Shown: positions 10,297 through 20,075 of the stretch, one piece after another
Position numbering within the stretch: the first letter of the stretch is position 1
Layout: every line of letters starts with the position of its first letter
Assembly (NCBI GenBank): GCA_964576375.1
Contig: CAZNUR010000003.1
Coordinates: 3,532-67,531, forward strand
Reading direction: 5' to 3'
Source of the DNA: an uncultured Chitinophaga sp.
GTDB taxonomy: Bacteria > Bacteroidota > Bacteroidia > Chitinophagales > Chitinophagaceae
DNA: 64,000 nucleotides
The notes under the pieces: model-generated
The model's database searches: none
Told to the model about the DNA's origin: nothing
What the model saw: the letters and a program-made list of their open reading frames with translations, nothing else
Translations under genes and position numbers: made by a program

Positions 10297-11100
10297 TTAC
10301 AAATAAGTGGCCATCTCCGCTTGGTAACTTCCAGCCACTTGAGCAGCAGCCTCCGCAAAATCATTCCCAGATGATGCATACAATATTGCACGGCTGGCAT
10401 TTACCAGCAGACCAACATCTTTATTCATTGCTTTCTCTGAAATTTCACGAAGACTTCCTCCTTGGGCACCAACTCCGGGAACTAGAAAGAAATGATCTGG
10501 GCATATTTGGCGAATACGCATGAACGAGTCCGCCTGCGTTGCCCCTACTACAAACATAAGGTTAGTGGGTGTACCCCAGGAGGAAACCTTTCGCAACACG
10601 TGTTCGTAAAGAGGAGTGCCTTCGCAATTCAATAACTCAAAATCAGCCGCACCACTATTGGAAGTCAATCCCAGCACAATTGCCCACTTATCAGGGAATG
10701 TAAGAAAAGGCTTTACACTATCCTCTCCCATGTATGGAGAAACGGTAATAGAATCAAATGCCATCTGTGAAAAAAAGGCAGCAGCATATTGTCTTGATGT
10801 ATTTCCGATATCCCCCCGCTTGGCATCTGCAATGATGAAATGCTTGTCTCCAATGTATCGTACAGTTTGATCCATGATCAACCACCCCTTCGCTCCCATG
10901 CATTCATAAAATGCAGTATTGATCTTATAGGCAACACAAGTGGAGCGGGTTGCATCAATAACGGCTTTATTAAAAAGTAAAACCCCATCAGGATTTCCTC
11001 TCAAGGAGGAGGGCAATAAATTTAAATCAGTATCTAACCCTACACAGAGATAGGATTTTTTATCCCGAATAGTTTGTATGAGTTGAGTGCGATTCATCAA
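10297..11100 (-). CDS. pyrF: Orotidine-5'-phosphate decarboxylase
   Basis: LCVGLD, DAKRGDIGNT, LVPGVGAQGG. Confidence 0.96.
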   Translation of the reverse strand: MMNRTQLIQTIRDKKSYLCVGLDTDLNLLPSSLRGNPDGVLLFNKAVIDATRSTCVAYKINTAFYECMGAKGWLIMDQTVRYIGDKHFIIADAKRGDIGNTSRQYAAAFFSQMAFDSITVSPYMGEDSVKPFLTFPDKWAIVLGLTSNSGAADFELLNCEGTPLYEHVLRKVSSWGTPTNLMFVVGATQADSFMRIRQICPDHFFLVPGVGAQGGSLREISEKAMNKDVGLLVNASRAILYASSGNDFAEAAAQVAGSYQAEMATYL

Positions 11101-11111
11101 AATTTGTTGCC

Positions 11112-12206
11112 TTAAACCGTTGCGGCAATTTTCTCAGCAGAAAGATTAGCATTCCGCATAGCGATACTTCGTACAACCAGGGATGCAAATTGAGAAAAAG
11201 CTTGTTTAGTGATAGACTCATCACCCATCATTGCTGGGACACCCTGGTCTCCCCCTTCACGGATCGATTGCACCAATGGGATTTCACCTAAAAAAGGAAT
11301 ATCATACTCATCTGCCAAACGTCTTCCGCCTTGCTTGCCAAAGATATAATATCTGTTGTTGGGCAATTCTGCAGGAGTGAAGTAGCTCATGTTTTCTACC
11401 AACCCAATCAACGGAACATTCAATTGTGCTTGCCCAAACATGGCAATTCCCTTTTTTGCATCTGCCAGCGCTACGTCTTGTGGAGTAGTAACAATCACAG
11501 CCCCTGTTACAGGAACAGTTTGTAGTAAAGTAAGATGTATATCCCCTGTACCGGGAGGCATATCAATTACCAAATAATCCAAGGCTCCCCACTTCACATC
11601 CGAAACAAATTGCTTTACGGCGCTACTTGCCATAGGACCTCTCCATACTACTGCATTTTTTTCATCTACCAAAAGGCCTATGCTCATCAGTTTTATACCA
11701 AACCTTTCAAGAGGCAGAATCATCCCCTTGCCGTTCACGTCTTCCATCAAAGGGCGTTCGCCTCGAACACCAAACATAATTGGAACGCTGGGGCCGTAAA
11801 TGTCAGCATCCATCAGACCAACTGAAGCACCTCCTTGTGAAAGCGCCAAAGCCAAATTAGCAGCTACTGTCGATTTTCCCACCCCACCTTTTCCACTAAA
11901 TACGGCAATAATGTTCTTGACTTGAGGTAAAATTGCTCCCGCATCTACTCTTTTGGAGGTGGTTTGTGCTGTAAAATTCACTGTGACAATCGCCTCTTTA
12001 CTCACCAGTAAACGTATGGCATTCTCACAGGCTGTACGCATCATGTCCTTCATGGGACAAGCTGGAGTTGTTAAAACAACGGTAAAACTTACATGAGCCC
12101 CTTTAATCTCTATGTCCTGAACCATGTTCAGTGTGACCAAATCCTTCCCCAGGTCTGGCTCTTGTACGTTTTGCAATGCAGCCAGTATTTTTTCGGTAGT
12201 AATCAT
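11112..12206 (-). CDS. Mrp/NBP35 (ApbC) Fe-S cluster carrier ATPase
   Basis: N-terminal FeS_assembly_P domain (LTTPACP), SGKGGVGKS, DADIYGPS, WRGP, DMPPGTGD. Confidence 0.95.
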   Translation of the reverse strand: MITTEKILAALQNVQEPDLGKDLVTLNMVQDIEIKGAHVSFTVVLTTPACPMKDMMRTACENAIRLLVSKEAIVTVNFTAQTTSKRVDAGAILPQVKNIIAVFSGKGGVGKSTVAANLALALSQGGASVGLMDADIYGPSVPIMFGVRGERPLMEDVNGKGMILPLERFGIKLMSIGLLVDEKNAVVWRGPMASSAVKQFVSDVKWGALDYLVIDMPPGTGDIHLTLLQTVPVTGAVIVTTPQDVALADAKKGIAMFGQAQLNVPLIGLVENMSYFTPAELPNNRYYIFGKQGGRRLADEYDIPFLGEIPLVQSIREGGDQGVPAMMGDESITKQAFSQFASLVVRSIAMRNANLSAEKIAATV

Positions 12207-12287
12207 AGCGTTCAGTTGCTTGCAAAGTTAACCAATCAACAGTCATTTTGTTGAGCAGATGGCTAGAACTGGCTAATTTTGCATCAA

Positions 12288-12929
12288 TTGAAAAATTGGA
12301 TACGATACAGCTGCTTGCTATTGCTTTTCTTACCTCAGGTTGTAAAAGCACAATTTGAGACTACCCGAGATTCCGTAGTACAATTATACGGCGTGGTAAT
12401 GACTGCGGATAGTTTAATTGGAATACCCGCTGTTAGCATTATTGTAAAAGGACAAAATCGAGGAACACTTTCTAATAATCAAGGAGTTTTTTCTATTGTG
12501 GTGTTAAAGGGGGACGAAGTAGAATTTTCGCACGTAAGTTATCAGTCAAAAAAAGTAATTATCCCAAAAGACTTAGTAGGGAATCAATATGGAATTGTTC
12601 AACTGATGGTTGCAGACACCGTCTACCTTCCTGCCACAGTTCTGAAGCCAAGACCTACCCCTGAACAATTTGCAAGAGATTTTGCCAATGTAGCTATACC
12701 TGATGACGCCTATGAAATTGCACGAAAAAACACAAATGCCACTACTCGCCGGTTATTACTTCAAAGTACTCCCGGTGATGGCGGGGAGGCTACAAGAATG
12801 CAAATGAATAAGATTGCGAACAGAGCAGTATATCAGGGGCAAGCCCCTCCTATGAACATCTTTAACCCCGTCGCTTGGGCCGATTTTATCCAAGCCTGGA
12901 AGCGAGGAGATTTTAAAAGAAAAAAATAA
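12288..12929 (+). CDS. Exported protein with carboxypeptidase-regulatory-like domain (likely TTG start at 12288)
   Basis: Signal peptide ending VKA-Q; GTLSNNQGVFSI...FSHVSY CarboxypepD_reg-like pattern; TAATTTTG box at 12274-12281. Confidence 0.75.
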   Translation: MKNWIRYSCLLLLFLPQVVKAQFETTRDSVVQLYGVVMTADSLIGIPAVSIIVKGQNRGTLSNNQGVFSIVVLKGDEVEFSHVSYQSKKVIIPKDLVGNQYGIVQLMVADTVYLPATVLKPRPTPEQFARDFANVAIPDDAYEIARKNTNATTRRLLLQSTPGDGGEATRMQMNKIANRAVYQGQAPPMNIFNPVAWADFIQAWKRGDFKRKK

Positions 12930-12934
12930 GTAGC

Positions 12935-13825
12935 ATGAGTAAGATGGCCGTAATCGGTGCAGGAACCATGGGTAATGGAATTGCACAAGTGTTTGCCCAA
13001 ACCGGGTGGCAAGTAACGCTGATTGATGTACAAACTGCGCAACTTCAAAAAGCGTTGCAAACAATCGAGAAGAATTTAGACAGAATGATTGCAAAAGGAA
13101 CAATTCCGGCTTCACTCAAACAGGAAACACTCGATAGATTAAAAACGGATACTACAATAGCAAGCGGAGTTCTTGACGCGGAAATTGTCGTGGAGGCAGC
13201 TACAGAAAATAAAAAGATCAAACTCAATATTTTCAAGGAGATTGACCAACATGCACCCGCTTCTTGTATTCTTGCTTCAAACACCTCCTCAATCCCCATT
13301 CAGGAAATTGCAGATGCAACGCAGCGCCCTCAACAAGTAATTGGAATGCATTTTATGAATCCCGTTCCCGTCATGAAATTGGTAGAGGTAATTAAAAGTC
13401 CTTCGACTTTACAAGACGTTACTGAAAAAACGGTAGCGCTTAGTAAAGCACTTGGGAAAGTACCTTGTGTTGTCAATGATTTCCCAGGGTTCATCTCAAA
13501 CCGTATCCTGATGCCAATGATTAACGAAGCTATCTGCAGCTTAGAAGAGGGCGTGGCTGGAGTTGAAGAAATTGACACTATTATGAAATTGGGGATGGCC
13601 CATCCAATGGGCCCTTTGCAATTAGCTGATTTAATTGGCCTGGATGTTTGCTTGTCGATTATGCAGGTATTGGAATCCGGTTTTAACAATCCGAAATATA
13701 AAGCAGCAAAACTCTTGGAATCACTGGTAAATGAAGGAAAGCTTGGCGCAAAATCAGGCGAGGGATTTTACCAATATAAATCTGGTAGTAAAGAATTGGT
13801 AGTAAGCCCTCGTTTCAATGCATGA
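12935..13825 (+). CDS. hbd: 3-hydroxybutyryl-CoA dehydrogenase
   Basis: GAGTMGNG, EAATE, ASNTSS, GMHFMNP, HPMGPL. Confidence 0.92.
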   Translation: MSKMAVIGAGTMGNGIAQVFAQTGWQVTLIDVQTAQLQKALQTIEKNLDRMIAKGTIPASLKQETLDRLKTDTTIASGVLDAEIVVEAATENKKIKLNIFKEIDQHAPASCILASNTSSIPIQEIADATQRPQQVIGMHFMNPVPVMKLVEVIKSPSTLQDVTEKTVALSKALGKVPCVVNDFPGFISNRILMPMINEAICSLEEGVAGVEEIDTIMKLGMAHPMGPLQLADLIGLDVCLSIMQVLESGFNNPKYKAAKLLESLVNEGKLGAKSGEGFYQYKSGSKELVVSPRFNA

Positions 13826-14676
13826 GTGTAGCAGAAACAGTACGTTTGATTCAAGCAAAGCTCAGCTGCCTTTATGATGCGGAGGAATGCACCGCTATTA
13901 GCAGAGAGCTAATACTACACCTGCTTCAAGTTGAGAAAAAAGAATGGAGCCGAATTCAGCAGGTTCCACTCACGCAGCAAACGGGTGAGAAGCTAAATAA
14001 CATGGTAAGCAGGCTACTCAACAAAGAACCCCTGCAATATGTATTAGAAGAAGCATGGTTTTGTGGCTTTCGTTTTCGAGTAGAACAAGGCGTACTCATA
14101 CCAAGACCGGAAACTGAGGAGCTTGTAGAATGGGTAATTAGCAACTGTAGATTTCCAGTAGAAAGCTTAAACATCCTGGATGTAGGGACGGGTAGTGGCT
14201 GCATTGCTATTTCATTGAAACGTAGAATCAGAAGTGCTACGGTTTGGGCGATGGAAAAAAGTACAGCGGCTTTGCAGATCGCCGAGCAGAATGCCTTATC
14301 GCTAGGTACTGCGATTAATTTTGTGCATCAGGATTTATTCAATCAGGCAGCTTGGGAGAACCTGCCTGCTTTTGATTTTATTGTAAGCAACCCTCCTTAC
14401 GTTACACCAATAGAAAAGAATGAGATGGCCCCGCAGGTACTAGCGTTTGAACCCGCAGAGGCATTATTTGCCCCAGCAGAGGATCCGCTGGTCTATTATC
14501 ATGCACTCGCTTCACTTTTTTTGTTTAAACGCGAAAGCCATAGCCAATTATTTTGTGAACTTAATCCACTATACGCCCACCAACTTTCCAACATGTGGCA
14601 AGAAATGGGGCTTCAATGCGAAGTCAAACGTGACATGCAAGGTAAAGAGCGAATGATCCGTGGATGGATTTCTTAA
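13822..14676 (+). CDS. prmC: Release factor glutamine methyltransferase
   Basis: EPLQY, VLIPRPETEELV, DVGTGSGCIA, SNPPY. Confidence 0.96.
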   Translation: MSVAETVRLIQAKLSCLYDAEECTAISRELILHLLQVEKKEWSRIQQVPLTQQTGEKLNNMVSRLLNKEPLQYVLEEAWFCGFRFRVEQGVLIPRPETEELVEWVISNCRFPVESLNILDVGTGSGCIAISLKRRIRSATVWAMEKSTAALQIAEQNALSLGTAINFVHQDLFNQAAWENLPAFDFIVSNPPYVTPIEKNEMAPQVLAFEPAEALFAPAEDPLVYYHALASLFLFKRESHSQLFCELNPLYAHQLSNMWQEMGLQCEVKRDMQGKERMIRGWIS

Positions 14677-15077
14677 TCAATCCTGGCAACCACTTTAGCG
14701 CGTTCTTTTTTTGCCAGCAACATAATTCGATACACCTCTCCGTAATAGGCGGTGGTGTCTGCATTAATTACAACAGTTGGCGTATCAGTTTGTGTCCGAT
14801 ATCGAGCAATTTCCTTTGACAGGGAAGTATCAAAAGCTGCGGCAGGAACAGCTGTTGTACCAATATAGAATTGCTGGTTCTTGTCTATAGAAACCATGAT
14901 ATGCTGTTTAGCTTTTGTATCCTTAGTACCCTTAGGTAGCCCCACTTTAACAACATTAGGGTTAGCGAGTGTAGCTACAATCAAAAAAAACATAAGCAAA
15001 ATGAAAAGAATATCATTTAGTGAGTCAGTAAAAACCTCTGATTCTTGCAGCTTCTTCTTTCTAAATCGCATGGGCAA
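14673..15077 (-). CDS. exbD: Biopolymer transporter ExbD/TolR
   Basis: SLNDILFILLMFF TM segment with the conserved Asp; follows exbB. Confidence 0.92.
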   Translation of the reverse strand: MPMRFRKKKLQESEVFTDSLNDILFILLMFFLIVATLANPNVVKVGLPKGTKDTKAKQHIMVSIDKNQQFYIGTTAVPAAAFDTSLSKEIARYRTQTDTPTVVINADTTAYYGEVYRIMLLAKKERAKVVARID

Positions 15078-15078
15078 A

Positions 15079-15771
15079 TTAAGATTGGCTGGGTTCTTGT
15101 AATAGATCTAAAAAATCGGCAGAAGCTGCCTCCATTTTATGGCTGGTTTTCTCAATTAAAGTTTGTAAAAAACTGTAGCCCAAATAGGATAACAAGCCAA
15201 TGATAAGACCGGAAATAGACGTGATCAACTTAGTATAAATACCCCCAGCAATAGTAGCCACCTCAAATTCGTTGGTAGTGTTGATAGCAGAGAATAACTG
15301 CATCAATCCCACCAGGGTACCCACAAATCCAAAAATTGGAGCTGCTTTTGAGACCACTGACAAAACAGCCAAATTCTTTTCGAGTTTATACATTTCTAAC
15401 ACCCCTACATTATCCATGCTTTTTTCAATCAACTCAATTGGTTTGCCTATACGTTGTATTCCCTTATCAATTATTCTAGCTACGGGATTATTTGTATTTC
15501 TGGTAAAACTTTTCGCAGCCGCAATATTTCCAGTCACTAGATGGTCTCTGATAATATTCATAAAATTATCATCGATACGCCCAGCAGCTCGAATAGCAAG
15601 ATATCGTTCTGTGAAAATATAAATTGCAAACAACAGCATTATTCCAAGTGGTATCATGATCCATCCACCTGTAGCTAATAGCTCCCATAAGGTTAAAAAA
15701 CCGTCATGGTTCGTGTCCCCAGCAACAGCGGGCGTTGCAGCCACTCCATTCACCTGCAAAAGATCAATCAT
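15079..15771 (-). CDS. exbB: MotA/TolQ/ExbB proton channel
   Basis: GGWIMIPL, APIFGFVGTLVG, AGGIYTKLITS. Confidence 0.92.
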   Translation of the reverse strand: MIDLLQVNGVAATPAVAGDTNHDGFLTLWELLATGGWIMIPLGIMLLFAIYIFTERYLAIRAAGRIDDNFMNIIRDHLVTGNIAAAKSFTRNTNNPVARIIDKGIQRIGKPIELIEKSMDNVGVLEMYKLEKNLAVLSVVSKAAPIFGFVGTLVGLMQLFSAINTTNEFEVATIAGGIYTKLITSISGLIIGLLSYLGYSFLQTLIEKTSHKMEAASADFLDLLQEPSQS

Positions 15772-15917
15772 AGCAAGATTTATTTAAAGCTAAAATAGGT
15801 TTGAATGTGATAGTGAACTTGTATTTTTTTTAAACAGGGGTGTATAACCAATCTTTAAACGATCTACTACCCCACTTTGGTGTAACCTTACTTGTTTTCA
15901 CGGATCATTAACAATGA

Positions 15918-16865
15918 CTAAGCAGGATTACTGGTACCAGCCTGCTTCACCATAAACGCCTGTATCTGCTTCATGGTTCGCTCCATCCCGTCCGGACTTC
16001 CATCCAAGAAAATAACATTGCCCTTTCCGTATTCAGCAAAATTCTTTACGGCTTCAGTCCACATACTAAACAGGATTACATTGGTGTCTAGGTTGGCTTG
16101 CTTTAATTGCTCAGCTGCTTCCGTCATACCTGTTGCTACTTCCATTCTAAATAAAGCTACCCCCTGGCCACGTAACCGAGCTGCTTCTTTTTCGGCTTCC
16201 GCAGAGATTTTGATAGCATTACCATCAGCCTCCGCAGCCTTTGTTTTAGTAATCAACAAGGCTTGCCCCTCATTTTCAGCTGCTGCTTTTAAGTTATTAG
16301 AAGCAACCACTTTACTCATTGAATCCAAGATCAATTTATCAAAAGTGATATCATTAATTTGAAGATCCAATAGGTGGTATCCCCACTCCTCTAATGAATG
16401 ATCAACTTCCACCTTTACATATTGCACAATCTCTCGACGAAGACCCAACACTTCTGCCTGTTTTTTGGTGGCAACAAAAGACCGAATATTTCCTTCGATG
16501 GTACGAATTAACGCTTGCATCAGATCTTTCTCCGCAATAAACTTGAAGGCAACCTTTTTGATGGTCTCCTCCTCAGCATTTTGCACGGCATACAGCAACA
16601 TACTTTTGAAGTAAACATTGGCCTGATCCTGCGTCACTGCCTGAAACTCCAGCTCAACAGAACGGTTTTGAACAGATACCTTTTTATAAATTACTTCCAA
16701 AACAGGAATTTTTATATTAAGGCCGGGACGAACAATGCGGCGGTATTTACCAAACATAGTAATGACCCCTACATAACCCTGATTAACTGTAAAAAGTCCG
16801 GAGAAGAACACGACCAATAAAACCAGAACGTACCAATTCTCCCATAACCAACTTAAAAATTGCAT
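15918..16865 (-). CDS. SPFH (band 7) domain membrane protein
   Basis: N-terminal TM, FGKYRRIVRPGL, AEA-rich coiled coil. Confidence 0.92.
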   Translation of the reverse strand: MQFLSWLWENWYVLVLLVVFFSGLFTVNQGYVGVITMFGKYRRIVRPGLNIKIPVLEVIYKKVSVQNRSVELEFQAVTQDQANVYFKSMLLYAVQNAEEETIKKVAFKFIAEKDLMQALIRTIEGNIRSFVATKKQAEVLGLRREIVQYVKVEVDHSLEEWGYHLLDLQINDITFDKLILDSMSKVVASNNLKAAAENEGQALLITKTKAAEADGNAIKISAEAEKEAARLRGQGVALFRMEVATGMTEAAEQLKQANLDTNVILFSMWTEAVKNFAEYGKGNVIFLDGSPDGMERTMKQIQAFMVKQAGTSNPA

Positions 16866-16889
16866 AGTGTTGAAATTTTATACAACGCT

Positions 16890-18134
16890 TTATTGCGCTG
16901 CAGCAAGTCTAACCAAATGTACTAAGGTCTCTACAGATTTCTGCATATCCTGTACACAAACAAATTCATGACGTGAGTGTACCGCTTGCTCACCTGCAAA
17001 AATATTAGGACAAGGTAAGCCCATAAATGAGAGTCGAGACCCATCAGTGCCTCCGCGCACACACTCAGTTTTGACCTGAATACCTGCTGCTTCCATGGCT
17101 TTTCGAGCTAACTCAATAACATGAGGGTACGCATCGAGAACCTGCTTCATATTCCGGTACTGTTCCTTTACTTCGATTGAAAAACGGGACCCCGGGTTTG
17201 CATCACAAATCTTTTGAGCAAGATCTCTTAAAAACTGCTCCTTGGTTTCAAGTCCGGCAGTTTCAAAATCCCGAATTAAAAACTCAATTACGCATTGATC
17301 CGCTATTCCATTAATTTCTATAGGATGAACAAAACCCTCTCGCCCAGCTGTGGTCTCTGGAGAAAGTGCGTCCTTTGGCAACTGCTCCATAAACGAGCTT
17401 ACTAACTTCAGCGCATTTACCATTTTTCCTTTAGCCATACCCGGATGGGCTATGATTCCATAAAATGTAATTTTTACAGCATTGGCACTAAAAGTTTCGT
17501 CTTCCAAGGAACCAAGATCCCCACCATCAAGCGTGTAACCAAAATCGGCTCCGAGTTTTTTTATATCTAGTCTTTCTGTACCGCGGCCAACCTCTTCATC
17601 AGGTGTAAATAACAATCGGATAGGACCATGCTCAATAGAGGGGTTTGTAAGTAGATAATTTGCAAAATCCATGATTATCGCAACTCCAGCCTTGTCATCA
17701 GCTCCCAATAATGTAGTACCAGAAGCAGTAATAATATCCTGCCCTAGCTTTCCAGACAAATAGGGGTAATCAGAAAGGCGAATTACCTGTGAGGGATCAT
17801 CTGGCAAGACCAAATCCTGACCTTGATAATTGCGATGCAAGAGTGGCTTAACACCTGCACCAGGGCAATCGGGAGCTGTGTCAACATGTGCACAAAAGCA
17901 AATAACAGGCAGTGGTTTAGCGCTTGTTGCAGGAATCGTGGCCATCACATACCCCCACTGATCCAAGGATGCATCTTTAACACCCATATCCAACAACTCA
18001 TTCACCAACAATCTAGACAACTCTAGTTGTTTTAGTGAGCTGGGAAAACCAGTTGCATGGGGGTCGCTTTGTGTATCGATTTGTACATACCTCAAAAAGC
18101 GCTCGGCCACCGTATAAGAATACGCATTGAACAC
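16890..18134 (-). CDS. pepT: Peptidase T (M20B tripeptidase)
   Basis: AHVDT, LGADDKAG, TPDEEVG, RGGTDG. Confidence 0.96.
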   Translation of the reverse strand: MFNAYSYTVAERFLRYVQIDTQSDPHATGFPSSLKQLELSRLLVNELLDMGVKDASLDQWGYVMATIPATSAKPLPVICFCAHVDTAPDCPGAGVKPLLHRNYQGQDLVLPDDPSQVIRLSDYPYLSGKLGQDIITASGTTLLGADDKAGVAIIMDFANYLLTNPSIEHGPIRLLFTPDEEVGRGTERLDIKKLGADFGYTLDGGDLGSLEDETFSANAVKITFYGIIAHPGMAKGKMVNALKLVSSFMEQLPKDALSPETTAGREGFVHPIEINGIADQCVIEFLIRDFETAGLETKEQFLRDLAQKICDANPGSRFSIEVKEQYRNMKQVLDAYPHVIELARKAMEAAGIQVKTECVRGGTDGSRLSFMGLPCPNIFAGEQAVHSRHEFVCVQDMQKSVETLVHLVRLAAAQ

Positions 18135-18151
18135 AGGAAAGACTTATAAAA

Positions 18152-18607
18152 TTAAGGCATGATAATAAGAGGGCTCGCCCCTTCAATATCTACCAACTCT
18201 AAGTCAAATACAAGATCTTTTCCTGCCAAAGGATGATTTGCATCCAGTTTCACAGAGGCTTCTAAGATTTCAGTGACTGTAACTTGAAAATTACGTCCTT
18301 GCCCATCACTCATATGCAAAGGCATCCCAATAGAAATAGTCATATCAGCCGGGAATCGATCCTTAGGCATGTCGATGACCATTTCTGGACTATGAGGACC
18401 GTAGGCCTCCATAAAGGGAATTTGAATAGTTTTCTTTTCACCCACCTGCATCCCGGTCACTCCATCATCAAACCCTTTGATTACCGCACCGCTTCCTACT
18501 TCAAATTGTAGTGGCTCCCTTCCTTCAGAGGAATCAAAAGTTTCTCCGTTGGTCAATTTGCCGTGGTAATGCACTTTTACTTTATCCCCCGTTTTAACTG
18601 CTGCCAT
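18152..18607 (-). CDS. FKBP-type PPIase, SlyD/FkpB-like without His-rich tail (likely start 18607)
   Basis: VKVHYHGKL, FDSS, AYG, DANHPLAGKDL. Confidence 0.92.
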   Translation of the reverse strand: MAAVKTGDKVKVHYHGKLTNGETFDSSEGREPLQFEVGSGAVIKGFDDGVTGMQVGEKKTIQIPFMEAYGPHSPEMVIDMPKDRFPADMTISIGMPLHMSDGQGRNFQVTVTEILEASVKLDANHPLAGKDLVFDLELVDIEGASPLIIMP

Positions 18608-18705
18608 GTTTAGTATTTTACGATGCAAGGTAACGGAATTGGAGGAGTCAAAAGCCTTTTTCAAAACAGATTTATGTACTTTCAATATGTCCAAAATGTA
18701 ATGCC

Positions 18706-20046
18706 ATGCGAAATTTCTCCATTCTTGTATTGCTAATCAGCTTATCCTCGCTTGCTTTTTCACAGCCAAAAGCAGCTTCAAAAAATTCTATTGTAATCCC
18801 AGGTGCAGCACAGATAAAAAACTATCTGCCGCTACTCCAAGGAAAACGGATTGGATTATTTGCCAATCAAACATCAATGGTTGGGAAAAAACATCTCGTT
18901 GACACCTTGATTAGTTTGGGCATTGAGATAAAAGTGATTTTTGGACCAGAGCACGGTTTTAGGGGTGATGCTGACGCTGGCGAAAAGGTTGGCGACTATA
19001 TAGACAAAAAAACTGGCATCCCAGTCGTATCACTCTATGGTTCAAAGCGAGGACCCGATGAAAAAGATCTGAAAGAAGTTGACATAATGATATTTGACAT
19101 TCAAGATGTAGGCGTTCGTTTTTATACTTTTATTTCCTCTCTAGAAGCGTACATAGCATCAGCGATGCGATCTCAGAAGCCACTAATTATTTTAGATCGC
19201 CCAAACCCTAATGGACATTACGTTGATGGGCCAGTGCTCAATAGAACCTATCAGTCATTTGTGGGTATGCAACCCATTCCAATTGTCTATGGAATGACAA
19301 TTGGAGAGTATGCGTGGATGTTAGTTGGAGAAAGATGGGTAAAACCAAGCGAGAGTAAAAAGCCTGAAAGTGAGAGCAGCACTCTAATGATGGCAACTAC
19401 AGAGGTAGCCAACATGTTTGAGAAACCAACCTTACTATGCAAGACTGGAGATCTAGCCGAGCTGCCAAAAAATAAATTCCAGCTGATTATCGTATGCTGC
19501 AAAGACTACGATCACCAATCGCGCTATTCGCTACCGGTTCGCCCTTCCCCCAATCTACCCAATATGCAATCAATTTACCTCTACCCCACCACCTGCCTTT
19601 TCGAAGGTACTGCGCTGAGTGAAGGCAGGGGAACAGATAAACCCTTTCAGTTAATAGGTCACCCCTCTCTGCCCAATAATATGATTAAGTTCATCCCTAA
19701 TCCCAATGAAGGTGCCAAAAAATCAAAACATTATGGACAGATTTGCTACGGTTGGGATTTTGGAGGAACAGAAGAGCAGGTCATAAAAAAAATCAATAGT
19801 AAAATTCAAATCAGCTGGTTGTTGGATGCTTATCAGATTTTCCCACAAAAGGACAGCTTCTTTTTAATTCCAAAATCAGGAGATCCTGATCTCTCATTCT
19901 TCAATAAACTTGCCGGCAATAATTCATTGATGCAGCAAATCAAGGAGGGCAAATCTGAAAAAGAGATTCGTCAAAGTTGGGAGCCACAATTATCTCGATT
20001 CAAAGAAATCAGAAAACGATATTTACTTTACAAAGACTTTGAATAG
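18706..20046 (+). CDS. DUF1343 / exo-beta-N-acetylmuramidase NamZ family
   Basis: Signal peptide, PEHGFRG, FDIQDVGVRFYT, LDRPNP, PSPNLP, SEGRGT. Confidence 0.92.
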   Translation: MRNFSILVLLISLSSLAFSQPKAASKNSIVIPGAAQIKNYLPLLQGKRIGLFANQTSMVGKKHLVDTLISLGIEIKVIFGPEHGFRGDADAGEKVGDYIDKKTGIPVVSLYGSKRGPDEKDLKEVDIMIFDIQDVGVRFYTFISSLEAYIASAMRSQKPLIILDRPNPNGHYVDGPVLNRTYQSFVGMQPIPIVYGMTIGEYAWMLVGERWVKPSESKKPESESSTLMMATTEVANMFEKPTLLCKTGDLAELPKNKFQLIIVCCKDYDHQSRYSLPVRPSPNLPNMQSIYLYPTTCLFEGTALSEGRGTDKPFQLIGHPSLPNNMIKFIPNPNEGAKKSKHYGQICYGWDFGGTEEQVIKKINSKIQISWLLDAYQIFPQKDSFFLIPKSGDPDLSFFNKLAGNNSLMQQIKEGKSEKEIRQSWEPQLSRFKEIRKRYLLYKDFE

Positions 20047-20062
20047 GGCCTTTTACATTTAG

Positions 20063-20070
20063 TACTTTTG
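20063..20070 (+). promoter_or_regulatory. -7 box (TACTTTTG) for fmt
   Basis: Exact TAnnTTTG, 5 nt before the ATG at 20076. Confidence 0.7.
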
Positions 20071-20075
20071 CATTC

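Noticed and set aside
15864-15888. GGTTAC-N14-GTAG upstream of exbB as a third ECF site
   Set aside because: Spacing is one base short and both boxes mismatch the twin motif
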